A DNA stretch of 63,947 nt, filler included, from Pelomyxa schiedti (Eukaryota > Protista > Evosea), in the NCBI GenBank assembly GCA_020536535.1. It is 5 parts of 5 records of this genome, joined end to end, with 100 filler letters (N's around TTAATTAATTAA, not from the genome) between each part and the next. Parts side by side here need not be neighbours in the genome. Positions count along the whole stretch, not along the records: positions 1 to 30,107 come from JAHLWZ010001004.1; 4 more parts are not named here. One strand, 5' to 3'. The notes below the pieces were generated by a model. That model was given only the letters and a program-made list of their open reading frames with translations, was not told where the DNA came from and ran no database searches. This document shows, piece after piece, positions 10,501 through 24,488 of the stretch. Every line of letters starts with the position of its first letter. The stretch's first letter is position 1. A program made the translations under genes and the position numbers.

Positions 10501-13500
10501 CTAAGCCATGTTTCCACCAGCTTAGGAGTCTAATACCAGGAGTGGAAAGTATCCGGCATATACATAATGGAAATAGTCCAGGTGGTAGAAAAGAGAACTC
10601 AATAACACGACCTGTTGCCACGCAGTTGTCAGGGTGAGTTATTCTACTCCTACTAGAACATGAGCAACCCTCTATTTCAATTGGACACCAGAAGGGGATA
10701 GGATATTTCGTCTTTAGCATGGAAGTGACTGGGCTGGATGTAGCTATTGCACATGTGGGATGCTCTGGAGCCTGATGAGGTATCAGATAGTTTCCACCAG
10801 TTTTGTGAATTAAATTACAAAGCTCCAGAGTCGTTAAGGCTTCGTTCAATGTTGCAGGGCTGAATATTCTGGGACAATCTATGTACCTTATTTCACTATT
10901 TAGCAGCCACTGTGCCTTGATTGTAACTGTACAGTTAATCACTTGAAAAAGCCATTCAGGGTTAAGGATGACCAATTCCTTAAGCCTATGTTCAGAAACC
11001 TCCATAAACCACGATTTGTATTTTAAGGGATTGTGGAAGTGAATTATAAGTCCAGCATCAGCCAGAAAATCGGCGCACCTACAAAGAAAGTTAAAAAAAA
11101 AGAAGAGAAGCAAGGTGCATGCATTTCTAATTCTACTAGATCAAACTGGTCTCCTTTGCAACTACCCATGACAGTTGAAGCCTTCTTCGTGAAGTCAGTC
11201 CAACTGATAGTATTTCCTAGCCCTTGTTGCATTATTGCATGGTGTAATGTCACCCACCTAGTAGAAACCAAAATTTTATTCTTTTGGTAGATATCATCCA
11301 AAGCTCGGACGATTGCTTGAATGGAGGTCTTTTTATTGAACTGGATATCTGCAGTTGGTTCAGGAAACTGATAGCCGTCACCAGTTGAACAATTGACTGA
11401 AAATGTAGCTACGAAATGCAAACTCTCTGTAGCCACTTTCCCAATCTCTGTGAGTATAGTGCCGAGAGCAGAACGGCTCACAGATATAGTATCTCCTGCT
11501 ATCTCATCCATGTGAGTACCAACCAGCAGACATTGGACCAGCTTGTTGGATTGGTGTGATGCTTGGATCTGCTTGATCCAATCCAATAGAATTTTGATGG
11601 ATGGACAAAGCTCACAGCTACTATGTGCTGTTGTTTCCAACCATTTGGCAATCTTGGCAATATTAAGTACAACCACAACAATGGAGTCACTTCGAAGAAA
11701 AAATTGATGCAAAGGATTTCCAGGATTACCTCCTGATTGGGGGTTACTAGGTAACAATGGGGTAATATCTTACCAAAATCCCAAGCGACCCAGTTCTGTG
11801 AACTGAGTATATTGAAGTGCGAGTGAAAAGTTATTCCTCCTGTTGGTGTATAATGGTGGGTTCGGCAACGCTTTCCACCAGCTTTGAGGCACTTAAGGAG
11901 AGTTGTTTTCCCCGCTTGTGCTTCTCCAACGATGATAATCTTCTTATAATTCCACTCTTCACTGGAACCTTTATACTGAAGAAATTCTCTCAGTCTTGTC
12001 CAGTCGTTGCATGCCTTGATCATATCTGGCACGCTGGAGAGAGGATTTTCTTCAAATACCAGGTTTGGAACTTTGTGCATACAGTGTGGGAGAACCTGTA
12101 ATTTGTTTCCTTTTAAATCCAGTGTTGTGATTTGAACAGGAATGGCTTCTGCTACCCGAACCGGAAAATCAGTCAATGACAAATAAGACAAGTCTAAGAA
12201 AGCAAAGAGAAGTGGGTACTCTGAAAGCAGCATATGTACGGTGTCCCAGTCCCTAGCTTCAGTATATTGTCTGATAATGTGCAGTGCAAACATTTTCCCT
12301 GTGTCCCTGACCCCCAAGGCTGTGGAGTGGAGTAAAACTTGCATCACATTATGTACATCACTCAGCGTAAGGCATGTAGTGTGAAGAGATTTTCTAAACA
12401 AAAGTACAGCAGCAACTCTGGTTGATGTGCAGTGTTCAATAATATACATAACTGTAGTATAGCCCCTGAAAATGCAAGAACCAGATATAGCTTTGCACTT
12501 TCTGCAAAATACGGCAGGTTGCAGTGTGAGAAGATAATTCAAAGGAGCAGGTGCAGATTCTCGAATATATTTTCTTGCACAGCGCAATAATCCTTTGTTT
12601 GTGAAGGCAGCTTGGACCTTAGCTCGAAAGAGGTTGTTTCGGGTGAGTATACTTTTGATTGATTCCGGTTCGTGTGGCTGTCCTATGTAAACTTATTGAA
12701 TTTACTGTGTGCTTCTGTAATACCCTCAATCTGTAGCTGTGTCAAGGAAAAGTTGGATCTCAATGCATCTAGAATTGCTTCTGGTTGCACTTGACACCCT
12801 GGCTACTTTAACATAGACTATAAGTCAATACAGTTACCTTTAATATTAAAAGTGGAGAGGCACGAGTTAGTTGCCAGCATGGTACTAATGTAGTTGATAT
12901 CTTCCTCTTTCATGATATTTCCTGAACAAAACGTAAGTCAGCTTAGAAAGTGCAGGAAAACCTTGGAGATCAATTGTGGTAAGAGTACAATTTTTTGCAA
13001 TAGCTTCACAAAGAATTGGGTAAGCTGCTCCTTCGATATGACACCCTGGAAAGATTTTAGATTTGACAATTAATCTCATTCTTACAAGAAAGGTCTAACC
13101 GGGTAAGAGTTGCATTCAGACTTATTACATCTGCTAACAATTTGGACCTGTCATGGTCGAGGTGGTTCCCTTGTGAAGAAGTTAGGAGTATAAGTTAACT
13201 TTATGGATGTACCCACCTCCCAGCTTGAGCTCCAATAAAGTCGAGTTATTTATCAGAGCCACCCTAATTAGCTGGAAGGCGCCGGAGCAAAGATTGCAAG
13301 CTTTTCAAAAACTTCGGTTATTCACCATTTCAAAAGTTGGGTGTATAACAAAATATTTTAAAGGAGAGAAGAAAACATTGGAGGCCAAGAGATGTCAATG
13401 ACAAGTTTGAGGTGAGAGAATCACAAAGGGGCCGCAGTCCGTCCTTGTCAAACACACTCCCTGGTAGTCATAAAATTGCAACAAGGGGAAAATTATGATA

Positions 13501-14766
13501 CTTTGCATTTCTAATCTCTTGAGAAAGGGGGAACCCAGTAAATCTGATATGCTTTGCAATCCATCAGTTCCTAGCCGACAATCTAGTTGTGAGTGATTGG
13601 AAGTTGGAAACGTGTTTAGAGTTTCTTTCTACCACCTTCTATTACAAGTGAAACTATTGGGTGTCCAGGGAAATGTACAGTACAGGGGGATACAGGTGGG
13701 ATAAGTGCATCGTGCAGGTATTTTGCTCCTTGAGAGTCCAAGCCACACACTAGTTTGGTTCAAGTGAGAAATTGAGGCATCATTTTATCATGTTCACCTA
13801 GTGATGTTATTGTTTGTACACACATGTCAAAGCTGTAATTGTTTTGTTAGTCTTCAATAAAGCTGTAATGAGTTGAACACCATCATGATTTAGAGGATTG
13901 CCTAATGAACATTAGGAAAAGGATGAGGAAGGGGGATCTCACCACCCAAATTTAATTTAGTGAGAGAGGAATTATTTTTGATTCCAATGCAGAGCTGGTG
14001 TAAGCCGTGGTTGTCTAGAGAGCAATCTGGTTGCAAGTGAGTATATGAATATACGTGCTGAACAACTTTGCAGATAGAGGCGTTTAATAGAGTTATTTGT
14101 GCTAAGTACTGTTGCAATGGCTTCTGCCGATTTAGCGTGTATAAAACAACCTTGCATTTTTTCACTTTAGGGTGGTGGGAAAACGGGACCCATACCTGAA
14201 ATATCTATCCAAGAGATAGTAGAATTTCTCCTCAGTCCGGCACATAGAGTGAGAAGGCCAGGGGTTCCCCCAATCCAACAATCTACAAGAGTTAAAAAAA
14301 TAATAGGGGAAAAAAAAAGGAGATGTTAAGGTACTCACTTTTCAAAGTAAGGGATTTGAGTGATTTATTTATGGTCAACGCATCTGCAATTAGTGATATT
14401 CCCTCTGAGCCAAGGTCATTTCCTGCACACACACAAGGAAAGTTGCTTGTTATTTTCGCAGCATACAAAAAAGAAAAACGAGTACCCCCAAAATCTAAGT
14501 CACGCAAAGCACAGGGGGAAATGCACAACGCACTCCCAATAGCCATAATGCAAGCATGTGAGATCTTAGTCGTTTTTTCTGCATCAAAAAAAAAAAAAAA
14601 AAAAAAAAAGCCCTAAGTTTGTAGCCGATCTTGCGTGTGGCATGATACTAGCGGGCAGAGGTACGACGACGGATCTCTCAGTGCAAAACAAATGCCGGAA
14701 GTAAAACGTGCATTCTTCCAGTGACGAAGATCCAGACACATAAGTCGCGTCAGCACACCTCGCCAT
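7559..14766 (-). CDS. Roco family protein with LRRK2-like order: LRR - ROC - COR - kinase - WD40
   Basis: RI-like LRR exons at 12600-14550 (LTINKSLKSLTL, LTKLNLGG). ROC motifs KKIIIVGEAQAGKTTLL, WDFG, HQFFL, VGTHMD. COR motifs IILNPEWL and LPPGLFPLCICRIL. Kinase motifs HGDLN, KIADFG, YLPPEVL, SDIWCFG. WD40-like C-terminal ORF at 7559-8677. Confidence 0.87.
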
Positions 14767-14927
14767 CGTTCTTGTTTGTTTGATAGAGCGTGCCGTTAGA
14801 CTATCTTTGTTTCCAAGGTGGTACGAAAGCGCTGAGCAACAACGAAAAATAGACGAAGACAAAGACAAACAAAAGCGGGGATCTAGTATCTACGGAGATT
14901 ACGCAAGAAAAAAAAAAACTGGAGCCA
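14767..14927. promoter_or_regulatory. Probable bidirectional promoter (Roco / aminopeptidase)
   Basis: 161 nt between divergent start codons; CpG-rich. Inferred from gene geometry only. Confidence 0.45.
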
Positions 14928-17900
14928 ATGCACCATCGTGGGAAGGTGTCACGGAAGAACAAGAGGCAGGATGGAAGTGAGACTGAGGAGGGTGCTGTGC
15001 GGAAGTACGACTGCGGATCTTGTTGTTCTTCTTGTTGTTGTTGCCGCGGGATCTTCTCGAGCCGTGGCGCACTGTCAGTTCTGTGCCTTGCCGTGAGTCT
15101 CGTGGCGTTTTGCGTCTCGCTGAGAGTTGCTATGGTTTTCACTGTTCCAGCGATTTCGTGCGGTTCACTGTGTGGCGCGCAGTCGCAACTCACGAGGGGA
15201 TTTGGAGGCGAGAGGAGTAGGGTACTGTTACCCAAGGATGCAGTGCCGGTGCATTACGACTTGAGGCTCAGTCCTTCCCTTGATGAGTCTGTTACCACAG
15301 GTTTACAGTTGGGCGAAATCTGCTTTCGTCACATCAATATTTCAGGAGAGGTGGACATTCAACTCCTTGTGATGAATTCTACAAGGCAAATAACATTGCA
15401 TTCTGTTGACACAACAATCAGCCGTGCTGTGGTCGCAGGGGCAGGCATGGAATTGAATGTGAAACACCCGATATTTTTCTATCGTTGAAGACAAATAGGC
15501 GAAAATTGTGATGGATAAAGAAAAGCAAATGGTACTTCTGAAATTTGATGATCTTTTGCCAGCTGGTGATGCAATTTTACACATGTCATTTATATCGAAA
15601 TTGAACAGAAAAATGACTGGATTTTACACTTCTACTTATACCATAAACTCCGAGTCACGGTAATACTACTACAACGCAAATGAAATTATAATAAAAACCA
15701 GAACCATGGCAGTTACCCAATTTGAGCCTTCAGGTTTCTTTTCTTCGATTTTATTCTTCAAAATAAACCACGGTATAGATGCGAGGCAAGCGTTTCCCTG
15801 TTGGGATGAACCTGCTTTGAAATCCACGTTCTCTATCACACTGATTGTGCCAGTTAGCTTAACCGCACTTTCAAATATGCCAGTAGAAAGTGAGACAGTT
15901 CACCCAAATGGTGCACTTTTTTCTTTTTCTGTTTGGTGTAATGAACACATTAAATAGGGCTAAAGGAAGTTAAATTTATGAAATCCCCAAAGATGTCAAC
16001 CTATCTTGTATTTCCTTTCCACTTTATGTAACTAATTTTTCTAGATAGCATTTGTAGTGGGAGAGCTTGATTACCTCGAAGCAGCAACGAAAAGTGGTAT
16101 TAAGGTAGTGGGAAGTCTCCAAAAATGACAACTAAGTGTTCTCCCAGGTGAGAGTTTATACTACACCAGGGAAAAATCACCAAGGGCGATTTGCTCTGGA
16201 TGTTGCTGGTTGGCATTCCTTCTAATTGGCATCATATAGCTGACTGTAAAAGTTAGGACACTTGATTATTATAACGATTACTTCAGAATTCCATATCCAC
16301 TTCCGAAATGGTACTTATGTCCTCCGTTGAACAGGTGTTCACATTATGTGCAGTGATATGGTGGCAATTCCTGATTTTGCCCCTGGAGCAATGGAGTTGA
16401 GTGCAAGGAAATCCTGTGTTCATAACTTACGATGACGTTTCCCCTCCCTAAAAAAAGGAACTGGGGACTTGTAACATACCGCGAGACTGCTTTATTGCTA
16501 CAAGAAGGCAGTGTTACCTTGTTTACCAAGCTTATCGGACTCATCAAGTACCACAGGGTCAAGTTCAGTATCATCCAAGCAAAGAGTGGCTTACATAGTT
16601 GGGCATGAACGTAAGTGCGAACTGGAACCATGATATTATTAACATTTTTTTAGTAGCGCACCAATGGTTTTTTTCCATTTATCCCCTCCCATATAACTTA
16701 ACCTCAAGGTTCGGTAACCTTGTCACAATGGAGTGGTGGTCCAACCTATGGTTAAATGAGGGATTTGCAACTTATGTTGGATACCAAATGGTGGATATCC
16801 TGTTTCCTCAATGGTATTTTTTTTTTTGTTTACCCTTGCCCACTTTCTTCTTTCCCAATCAAAGGCACATATGGATCACATTTACATCAACGGAGTTTTC
16901 TACTGTATTGTCTCTCGATAACACACACGGTCTAAATTGCCCTTTCAGGCCTTGAAGCTAGACGCACTTACAAATACTCATGCAATTGAAGTTGAAGTTT
17001 ATGAGTCACATGATGTCACAGAAATATTTGATCCCATTTCTTACGCCAAAGGTTAGCAATATTTCTAGTGGTGAGACTGAAAATTGGTCGTAGGAGCCTC
17101 TGTTATAAGAATGCTCTCTTCCTACCTTGGTGAAGCACCTTTCAAGGCAGGACTTAATATTTATTTGAACAAATTTCTGTATTCAAACGCAATAACAGAG
17201 GTACAATCAAATAAAACATTTGTAAATGAAAACTGCACTTAAGGATTTGTGGGATGCCCTGACTGAAGCTTCTGGAATTGACATTGCCAAAGGAATGAGT
17301 GCATGGACTAAGACTATGGGATATCCAGTAGTTTCGATATATGCCAATGCATCTACTATCACCTTCAAACAGACTCGGATGATGTTTTGCACCTCTAATA
17401 AGGCCACTGGTATTACAAATCTTAGCAACACCGTTAAAAAACCAATACAGATCAACAATGGTGGATACCCATCATTCTCTCCTCAAACAACAAGCACCTT
17501 CCAAATAAAATTGAACTTTCCGCAACTTCTCTTTCCTTCCCACATGATGGCTCGGATATCTGGCTAAAGGTAAAACTCTCCACGTTTTCTGCTTCCACTG
17601 CCACAACTTGCTTCCATAGGCCAATTACGGCCAAACTGGGCTCTATAGAGTTCAATATGGAGAAAACTTATTGGAAAATCTAAAGTAAGTCCTTCCTTTC
17701 GATTCAGTACCCATGTCTCCAGGATGAAAATCAAGGATCAAACTCTTGGTGCTATCGACAGACTCGGCGTACTGAGTGACTATTTTTCACTGGCCGTTTC
17801 TGGACTTACACCAACCTCTTCAGCCTTGTCACTTGCAATGGCGTCAATTAATGAAGTGGAATATGCCGTGTGGGCAAATATAGTCTCATCTCTTGGTAAC

Positions 17901-19003
17901 TAATTTTGTATTGTATTGCCTGCACTAATACACAGCAGCTCACTTCGCAAGTGTTTGGAGTAATCAAGAAAATTTGAAAACAATACACAATTTTCAAAGA
18001 ACCTTGTACACACCAATCGCAGAAAAACTTGGTTGGACACCCTCTCCATCAGACGGTAACCTGCATCAACTCCTTTATCTCCCCTGTTTAAAAACAAGCA
18101 TAAATAACACTTACATGAAGCCATATCCAATAGATGACCTTACGAAACGCCTTAGAGGTCTAGTGCGGAGTGCACTTGTTGAAGCTCAAGACCCTCGAAC
18201 CTTGGCTTTATGTCTTGATTCATTATCCTCATTTTTGGTGGATCCTGCATCAATGTCCCCAGATCTCCGACTAGCAGTTTTTTCTGCTGTAATGATTGTG
18301 AATGAAACAGATGGATTCAACATATTACATGCACTCTATAAACAGGTACATTCCATCATTGTTCCAGCTTATGGTTATGAAAGTAGGATAGCACACCGGA
18401 GCAACAAGTGATAATTCTATTCAGCATGGGTTGTACCCGTAGCTCTGATGTTGCTGAACAACTCCTTGTATCTTTTTTTTTCCTTCTTGCTATTTCAAAA
18501 ATTCATGTACAATAGAACTGGGGATCCAGGTCTGGAGAAGTCCGGCATCAAGACTTTCCATCACTGTTTCATTCTGTTGCTGACCACCATCCAGGTATCA
18601 TTTCTTCAACTCTTTTACTTCTAACACCCATAGAAATTGCATGGGATTGGCTCACTTCGAATTGGGAATGGGTGGATGAAACCTTCCAGGGGACCATTTC
18701 TCTGCTACAGTCTATCAGTATCACCCTCTTCACTCCCAATCAATCCTTACCATTTCAGTTTCCTCAGTTGTGACTCTTTTCAAGACGGAGGAGCAAATTA
18801 AAGCTGCAGACAGTTTCTTCAAACAAACAGGAACACTCAAGGGTTCCTCCCTTTTCTTATCCCAAAGTTATGAAACTGTCTGTGAGTATCCCACACTTCC
18901 ACCCTCTTTTCTCTTTCTTCCTCACTCTTTCCAAGGTGTACAATCAAGATGGCTCGCAAGAGACCACACAGACGTGAAAAATTGGCTACAGCAATTTTCA
19001 TAG
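14928..19003 (+). CDS. M1 family zinc aminopeptidase (puromycin-sensitive/aminopeptidase N-like) with an N-terminal signal anchor
   Basis: Motifs [30 protein letters not shown] and GAMENWGL (spliced). HELAHQWFGNLVT...WLNEGFA (HEXXH+E) spans two introns. Also [10 protein letters not shown], and an N-terminal hydrophobic stretch [18 protein letters not shown]. Confidence 0.93.
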
Positions 19004-19109
19004 ACAAGTGGAAAAAAAAGGTGATTCGTTCCCTCTCTTGCAAGGGGGGGAAAACCGACAAAAAAAGGGGGTGTGATTTTTAAACAGGTGGTCCAACAAA
19101 ACATGTGCA

Positions 19110-19813
19110 TCAGTCTTGCCAGCTTCTTTCAACAATCTCTGTAACTCTGCGGTCATACTCGGACTTGTTCTCTGTATACAACTTTGCTGCCTCACTGTTG
19201 GCAGGGGAGTTTGGGTTGGGGTCAGCCAACAAAGACTAGTATCGAAGAAAAAAGGGAGAGGTGTGTTTGGGTTAGCTAGTGCTTCTTTACTAAGTGTGAT
19301 ACAAATAAAAAAATAAGAGCGGAAAACTACCTGAATTGAAGTGAGTATGGCAGCAATATCGTAAATTGGACTCCATTGGTTTTGCAAAATATCAAGACAA
19401 ATCGAGCCGTCTGCATATACTAAAGAAAGTTACAAGGAGGATGGATGTATAAAAAGAAACGATACCATTTGGGTGGAAAATCTTTGAAACAAATCTTACT
19501 TTTGGTGCTTTAGTTGGATAGTCTTCGGTAAACACCATCTGAAGCTTGAATGTCCCTGCAAAAAAATGAGAAAAGAACGAGGAGGAACACATGTAGTACC
19601 TCCCTCCCAAGGTGTTTCCTCGGGTCCAAAAATTACACAGTTCCATCGCATTATATCGTTTTCCAAAGGTGCCCCGCTTATACCGCTAGGAGGGTCGGTT
19701 TGTAATTGCCGGAAGTCCCGCATCAGCCTATTTGTTTACACGTACGCATTAACACCATGAGGGAAGAAAATGTTTGTCGCTTTTACGCACCTCCTTCTCG
19801 ATGGTGTCGACAT
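19110..19813 (-). CDS. UBC2: Ubiquitin-conjugating enzyme E2, Rad6/UBE2A family
   Basis: Spliced: [13 protein letters not shown]...[14 protein letters not shown]...[25 protein letters not shown]...[17 protein letters not shown]...EESWQD*. Catalytic Cys present. Confidence 0.96.
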
Positions 19814-19967
19814 ATCCGCAACTTCTAGTTGTTTGTTTAAAATAATAAATGGGTTGCGGCTTTAAATTGCTGATTGATTGAAGCAAATTCCCGGACAACT
19901 TGTCTTTGGTTCACCAGAAGCGAATTTTCCTCAGAACCTTGAGATAAAAAGAAAAAAAAAAGCGTCT
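19814..19967. promoter_or_regulatory. Probable bidirectional promoter (UBC2 / GTF3C3)
   Basis: 154 nt between divergent ATGs; inferred from geometry. Confidence 0.45.
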
Positions 19968-22900
19968 ATGTCGGCGTCGGCATCCGACGATGAAGAATCG
20001 GCCGAGTTGCCGTCTTCGAGCGAGTACGAAGAAGATAGTGCGAGTGGAAGTGAGAGCGAAGAGAGCGGCGAGAGCGACTGCGGAAGCGAAAACGCGAGCG
20101 AAAGCGAAAGCGAGAGCGATGGCGGAAAAGAAACCGTGAACGCAGTAAAACCTGAGAACAAACAGCAACAGCAACAACGGCAGCAGCAGCAACGCGCTGT
20201 GGGGAAACAAACTCGAGCAAATAAGATCAATGCTTTGGTATTTTCAGTGAAGGCAGCTGCGTCTCTGACAGAGGCGAGAGGGAGAAACGTTGATGGCGAA
20301 TCGAACTCCACCACTAACAGTATGGCACTGGGCACATCTCTGGGGGACTTGAATGCACAGTCAGCGGCTTTGCAAGCTGTTGGTTCAAATGAGGACTCAT
20401 TTGATGGAACTCTTCCATTGGTGGAAGTTGATGAAGCTGCCATGGCTGCCAAATATGCACCAAAGCTCTCTGGCACTGGAGTTTTGACAACTCCTAAAAA
20501 ACTGCCTTCTTTGAATAGAATGTCAACCACTCCCACTCAAAAATCACAATCACCAAGTTGCCGCCCATCCTCTGCAAAAACTTGTGGGACTGTCTCTGCA
20601 AAAAACTCTTCTCAAAGTGATAGTGAGGAGGATGCTACTATGTGTGATCCCGAGGACGACCCCGAGGCACACAAGAAGCGACAAGTACAATTTATTTAAC
20701 TTAATTGCACTATTGGTATTAACTGGAAACAGAAAATAAAGCTCCCCCATGCTGTAAGACAACTTGTTGGAGAAGCCCATCTACTTTTTATAGACGGCAA
20801 ACATGAAAAAGTTTGTCTTCCGTCCCCATCGTAATAGCAACGGCATTACACTGCAAGTCTTCTCTGACTAGCTCTCATGTTTCTTAGGCACTGGAACTGC
20901 TCCATGAAGCTGTGAGACTTGCTCCAACTTGTCCCCAGCTATACAATACCATGGGTTGCATTTTCGAAAAGATGAAGATTCCACAAAAGGCTCTGGATGC
21001 TTTTATGATTGCTGCTCATATGATGCCTAAGGATATAGAACTGTGGAAGAGGCTAATGGAGATGGCACGGTACATACAAAACTGATGACGTTGAACGCAA
21101 ACATTAACAGGGATTTGGGAAACAAACCTCTCCTGCTTTACTGCATGACAAAGGCAGTGGCAGCTAAACCTCAAGACTTTCAAATGGTGTATGATAGAGC
21201 ACGACTGTTGCTGGAATCTGGTAACCACAATTAGAGCATGCAAGTACCAATTTTCTTCATTCTATAGGTTTAACTGACAAAGCAATATCGGGGTTTCGAG
21301 ATGCACTTGCCTTGGATCCCACCAAGTCTGAGGTTGCAATCAGGCTTGCCCAAGTTGCTTCCCTTTCTCTTTCAGCTCTTTGTTGACAACCAAACAGGTA
21401 TTCCACAAGGAGAAAAGAATTCCCGACGCAATTGCCACGCTATCTAAGCACTTACAAACACCAGAGGACTCTAACAAAGAATTAAACATGCTAAATATGC
21501 TCAGTGAGTTGTACATGGCACAAGGCGAGTACGAGAAGGCTTACAATATGATACATCAGCGCTAGTACCCTTTCCTTTTACTTTTTGGATTCAGATTGGC
21601 TTACATCAACTCAGTATTAAAGTTGGAGCTGAGCTGCCCATACAACTACTGGTAAATCTGGGCCTCTGTAAGATATATATGGGAAGCATCACTGAAGCAG
21701 TGGTAGGTACAGGCTCTTGGTTCTATTTGACCAACTTGGTAGGCCATTTTGGATTCTTTACACAGATATTCTGTGACAGAAAATTCTGACTTATATTACT
21801 GTATTGCTGAAGCATTCATGGTACCTTCTGATGCAGTGAGTACCTTTTTCTCAGTTTCAGTAGAAAATTGGTGAGCCGGAGCATGCCTTGGGCTGGTATC
21901 ATGCTCTGGAAAGAAACCCTAATTTGCCAAAGAATATTCTGTGGGTGAAACAGGCACAGTGCCTCACAGCTGCATCTAGGCGGCAAGAGGCAATAACTCT
22001 ATACGAAAAAGGTAGTGAGCCACATGGTAGAACTCACCATAACCCAGTTCAGTTGTGGAACAATATCCATTACTTCCAGAGCCAGTGTTAGCACTTGCCC
22101 AACAGCACATTGAGAACGGAAATTTTACTGCCGCTATAGAGGTTTTTGACAATTTTTTGCGTAATGGTAGTACTATCCCCCCATTTTTAAACTAATTTTG
22201 AAAAAGCTAGCAAGAGTCCAAATGAAGGAGACATTATTCGGTATTATAAATTGGGAAATACATTAGGCTCTTAAATGAAAAGAGTTCAGGTTCATAAAGG
22301 TTTGGCACTTTTTGAGAACAAGCAATACCAGGAATTCGTGCAAATCTGCCTTCCACTTTTGAGGAACTCCTTAGAGATTCTTAATCATGAAGTGGCACTG
22401 GTTAGAGACCCATACCCAATAAACAAGATTTAATACTGTACAGGAAAAACGTAAAAAGAGGCGTACTCTTGTGCGTACCAGACGAGGTCAACGCAGCCGA
22501 CGGGAGAAAACAAAGACAGAGCCATCTGAATCCTTTCTGTTTGTCTTACACAAGAAAAAAAAGAGTAAAAAAGTCAAAGCCCCTTCATCAGTACCATCGC
22601 AACAAGTTTTCGATTCTCCAGTTCCACCACCACCTCTGACAACGTTGCCAACAAAGGCAATTACACTTGGGCCAGGTACACCACTCCCAACCTCTTCCTT
22701 GATAGAGGCCACATCTCTTACAAATGCACAGTAGTATTGTCTGTTTCTTCTCTTTAGACTTACACTACTTAGGCCTGAGATTCCAAAACAAGTTAGCACA
22801 TCTACAATAGCAAGTGTTACTTTGAGTGCTGCTAACACTACAACAACCTCTACTATGGAGTCTAAACCCACTCGCCGGAAAAGGTGTAAAGGGACTAAAA

Positions 22901-24009
22901 TCATGCAACACAATCTCTTCCTTGAAGAAGTTGGAAAGGACGCATTCTTTGACATCGCTCTAAAGGCATGCTGGCCAGTTGAAACAAAGTTTAATTCTCT
23001 CAGTTAGCCAAAGTGCTTGTGATACTGGAAGAGTCTCATCAAGCTATCAAACTATTGTCTGACGTGTTGAAAGTTGCTTTGCTTAGTAGAGCAGAAGTGT
23101 ATGAAATGAGGCTTCTTCTTGTTGGTAGGAATGAACCTCATGTGTGTAAACTCAGAATTTTAGGTATAAGGTACAACTTGGGTGATAACAAGGGTGCGTT
23201 GAAGTCACTGCGCCCTGTGTGCCTTGCGAACCCAAATAACAAGTCTGTGTGGAACTTATATACCAAAATTGTTGCCGAGTATGCCCTTCATCAGAAATTA
23301 ATAACTTATCTAAACCTTAGGGGTGGCCCAGAAGGTTGGAAAGAAGTTAATCGGTTTATAGTTCGTTCTGCAATACTCCATCCTACCTCTGTGCCCTTAA
23401 TGCTGCTTGTGGGTCATTTGTGTTTATCTACTGCCTTCTACGGGTGTGTCAAAGAAAAGAAATTTGCTTGGGCATAACCAAAAACTAAGTCTCGCACTTG
23501 CGGAATACCTGACTGCGTACAAATTTTTCTCTGAGGAACCAATTATCAATTTATGCATTGGTATTACTCTTTTTCTATGGAAGCGAGTCTTACATGTTTC
23601 TAGGGGTAACACTTCTACATCGAGTAATGAACAGGTGCAATCCCAATCGGCACTACATGTGCATCCAAGCTTTTAGTTTTTTGTACCAGTATTACCGGTA
23701 TCACTCCTCTCTGGCAACTCAACCACTAACACCGAAAAGTTTGAAAAAAGGGAACCAAGAGGCATGCTATAATCTGGGCAGAGCACACCACCATCTCGGG
23801 ATCCACCACCTAGCACTTCATTTCTATGAGAAAGCTTTGGAACAGTCATCAGATGATCCAGGTCACTCTGTCTATTTAATGTAGTTTCCTCACTGTCCAC
23901 AGACAATGACCTGACAAAAGAAATAGCGTTCAACATTGTTAGGATTTTGAAAGACACCGGGAACCATCACCTTGCACGACTCTATACACAAAATTACCTT
24001 TCCTTCTGA
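19968..24009 (+). CDS. GTF3C3: General transcription factor IIIC subunit 3 (Tfc4-like TPR protein)
   Basis: Acidic N-terminus and many TPR exons (AFMIAAHM, KPQDFQMVYDRARL). C-terminus has the characteristic PIINLCIG, QAFSFLYQY, QEACYNLGRAHHHLGIHHLALHFYEKAL and DLTKEIAFNIVRI motifs; TGA at 24007-24009. Confidence 0.88.
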
Positions 24010-24488
24010 ATCATCACCAACATATTTCTTGTGCTAGAGAAGACAAATAGCGGTATGCGGGTTTTTCCAGTGTTGGCCGGGAAAGACTTGTTTTTGCTTC
24101 CCGGGTATTCCCGGGCAATAGAGGCCGTCTTCCCAGGTTTCCGGGCACTGTCATATGCCTCATCATAGGATCTGGAAAACCCATGGCCAAGACAGGGGGA
24201 ACCGAACCTAGGACTGGCGCCGTACCAGGCAACAGGTTCGACATTTAAGCAAAGACCTTAAAAAAAAGAGAAATGTGAAAACAAAAAAAAAGAGTGCAGT
24301 TGTACTGTCTTGTCCAAAAAAACTGGTAGTTTTGGGGATTTGGGGGTGTCCATTGGCTCGAAACCAACCAAGTTGGGAACTGTTCTGCGAAGGCGGCTAC
24401 TAGTGGATTGTCAAAACAACCGCAAGTGCTAGTCGCCACTTTTCGCGGCGCAATTGAAAAGGAAAAGCAATAGCCCCTTGTTTTCTTT

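Noticed and set aside
24014-24439. Small minus-strand ORFs between GTF3C3 and the kinase
   Set aside because: An intron-like T-rich tract is present, but I could not find a splice giving a convincing protein. It may be UTR or a small gene; left unannotated.
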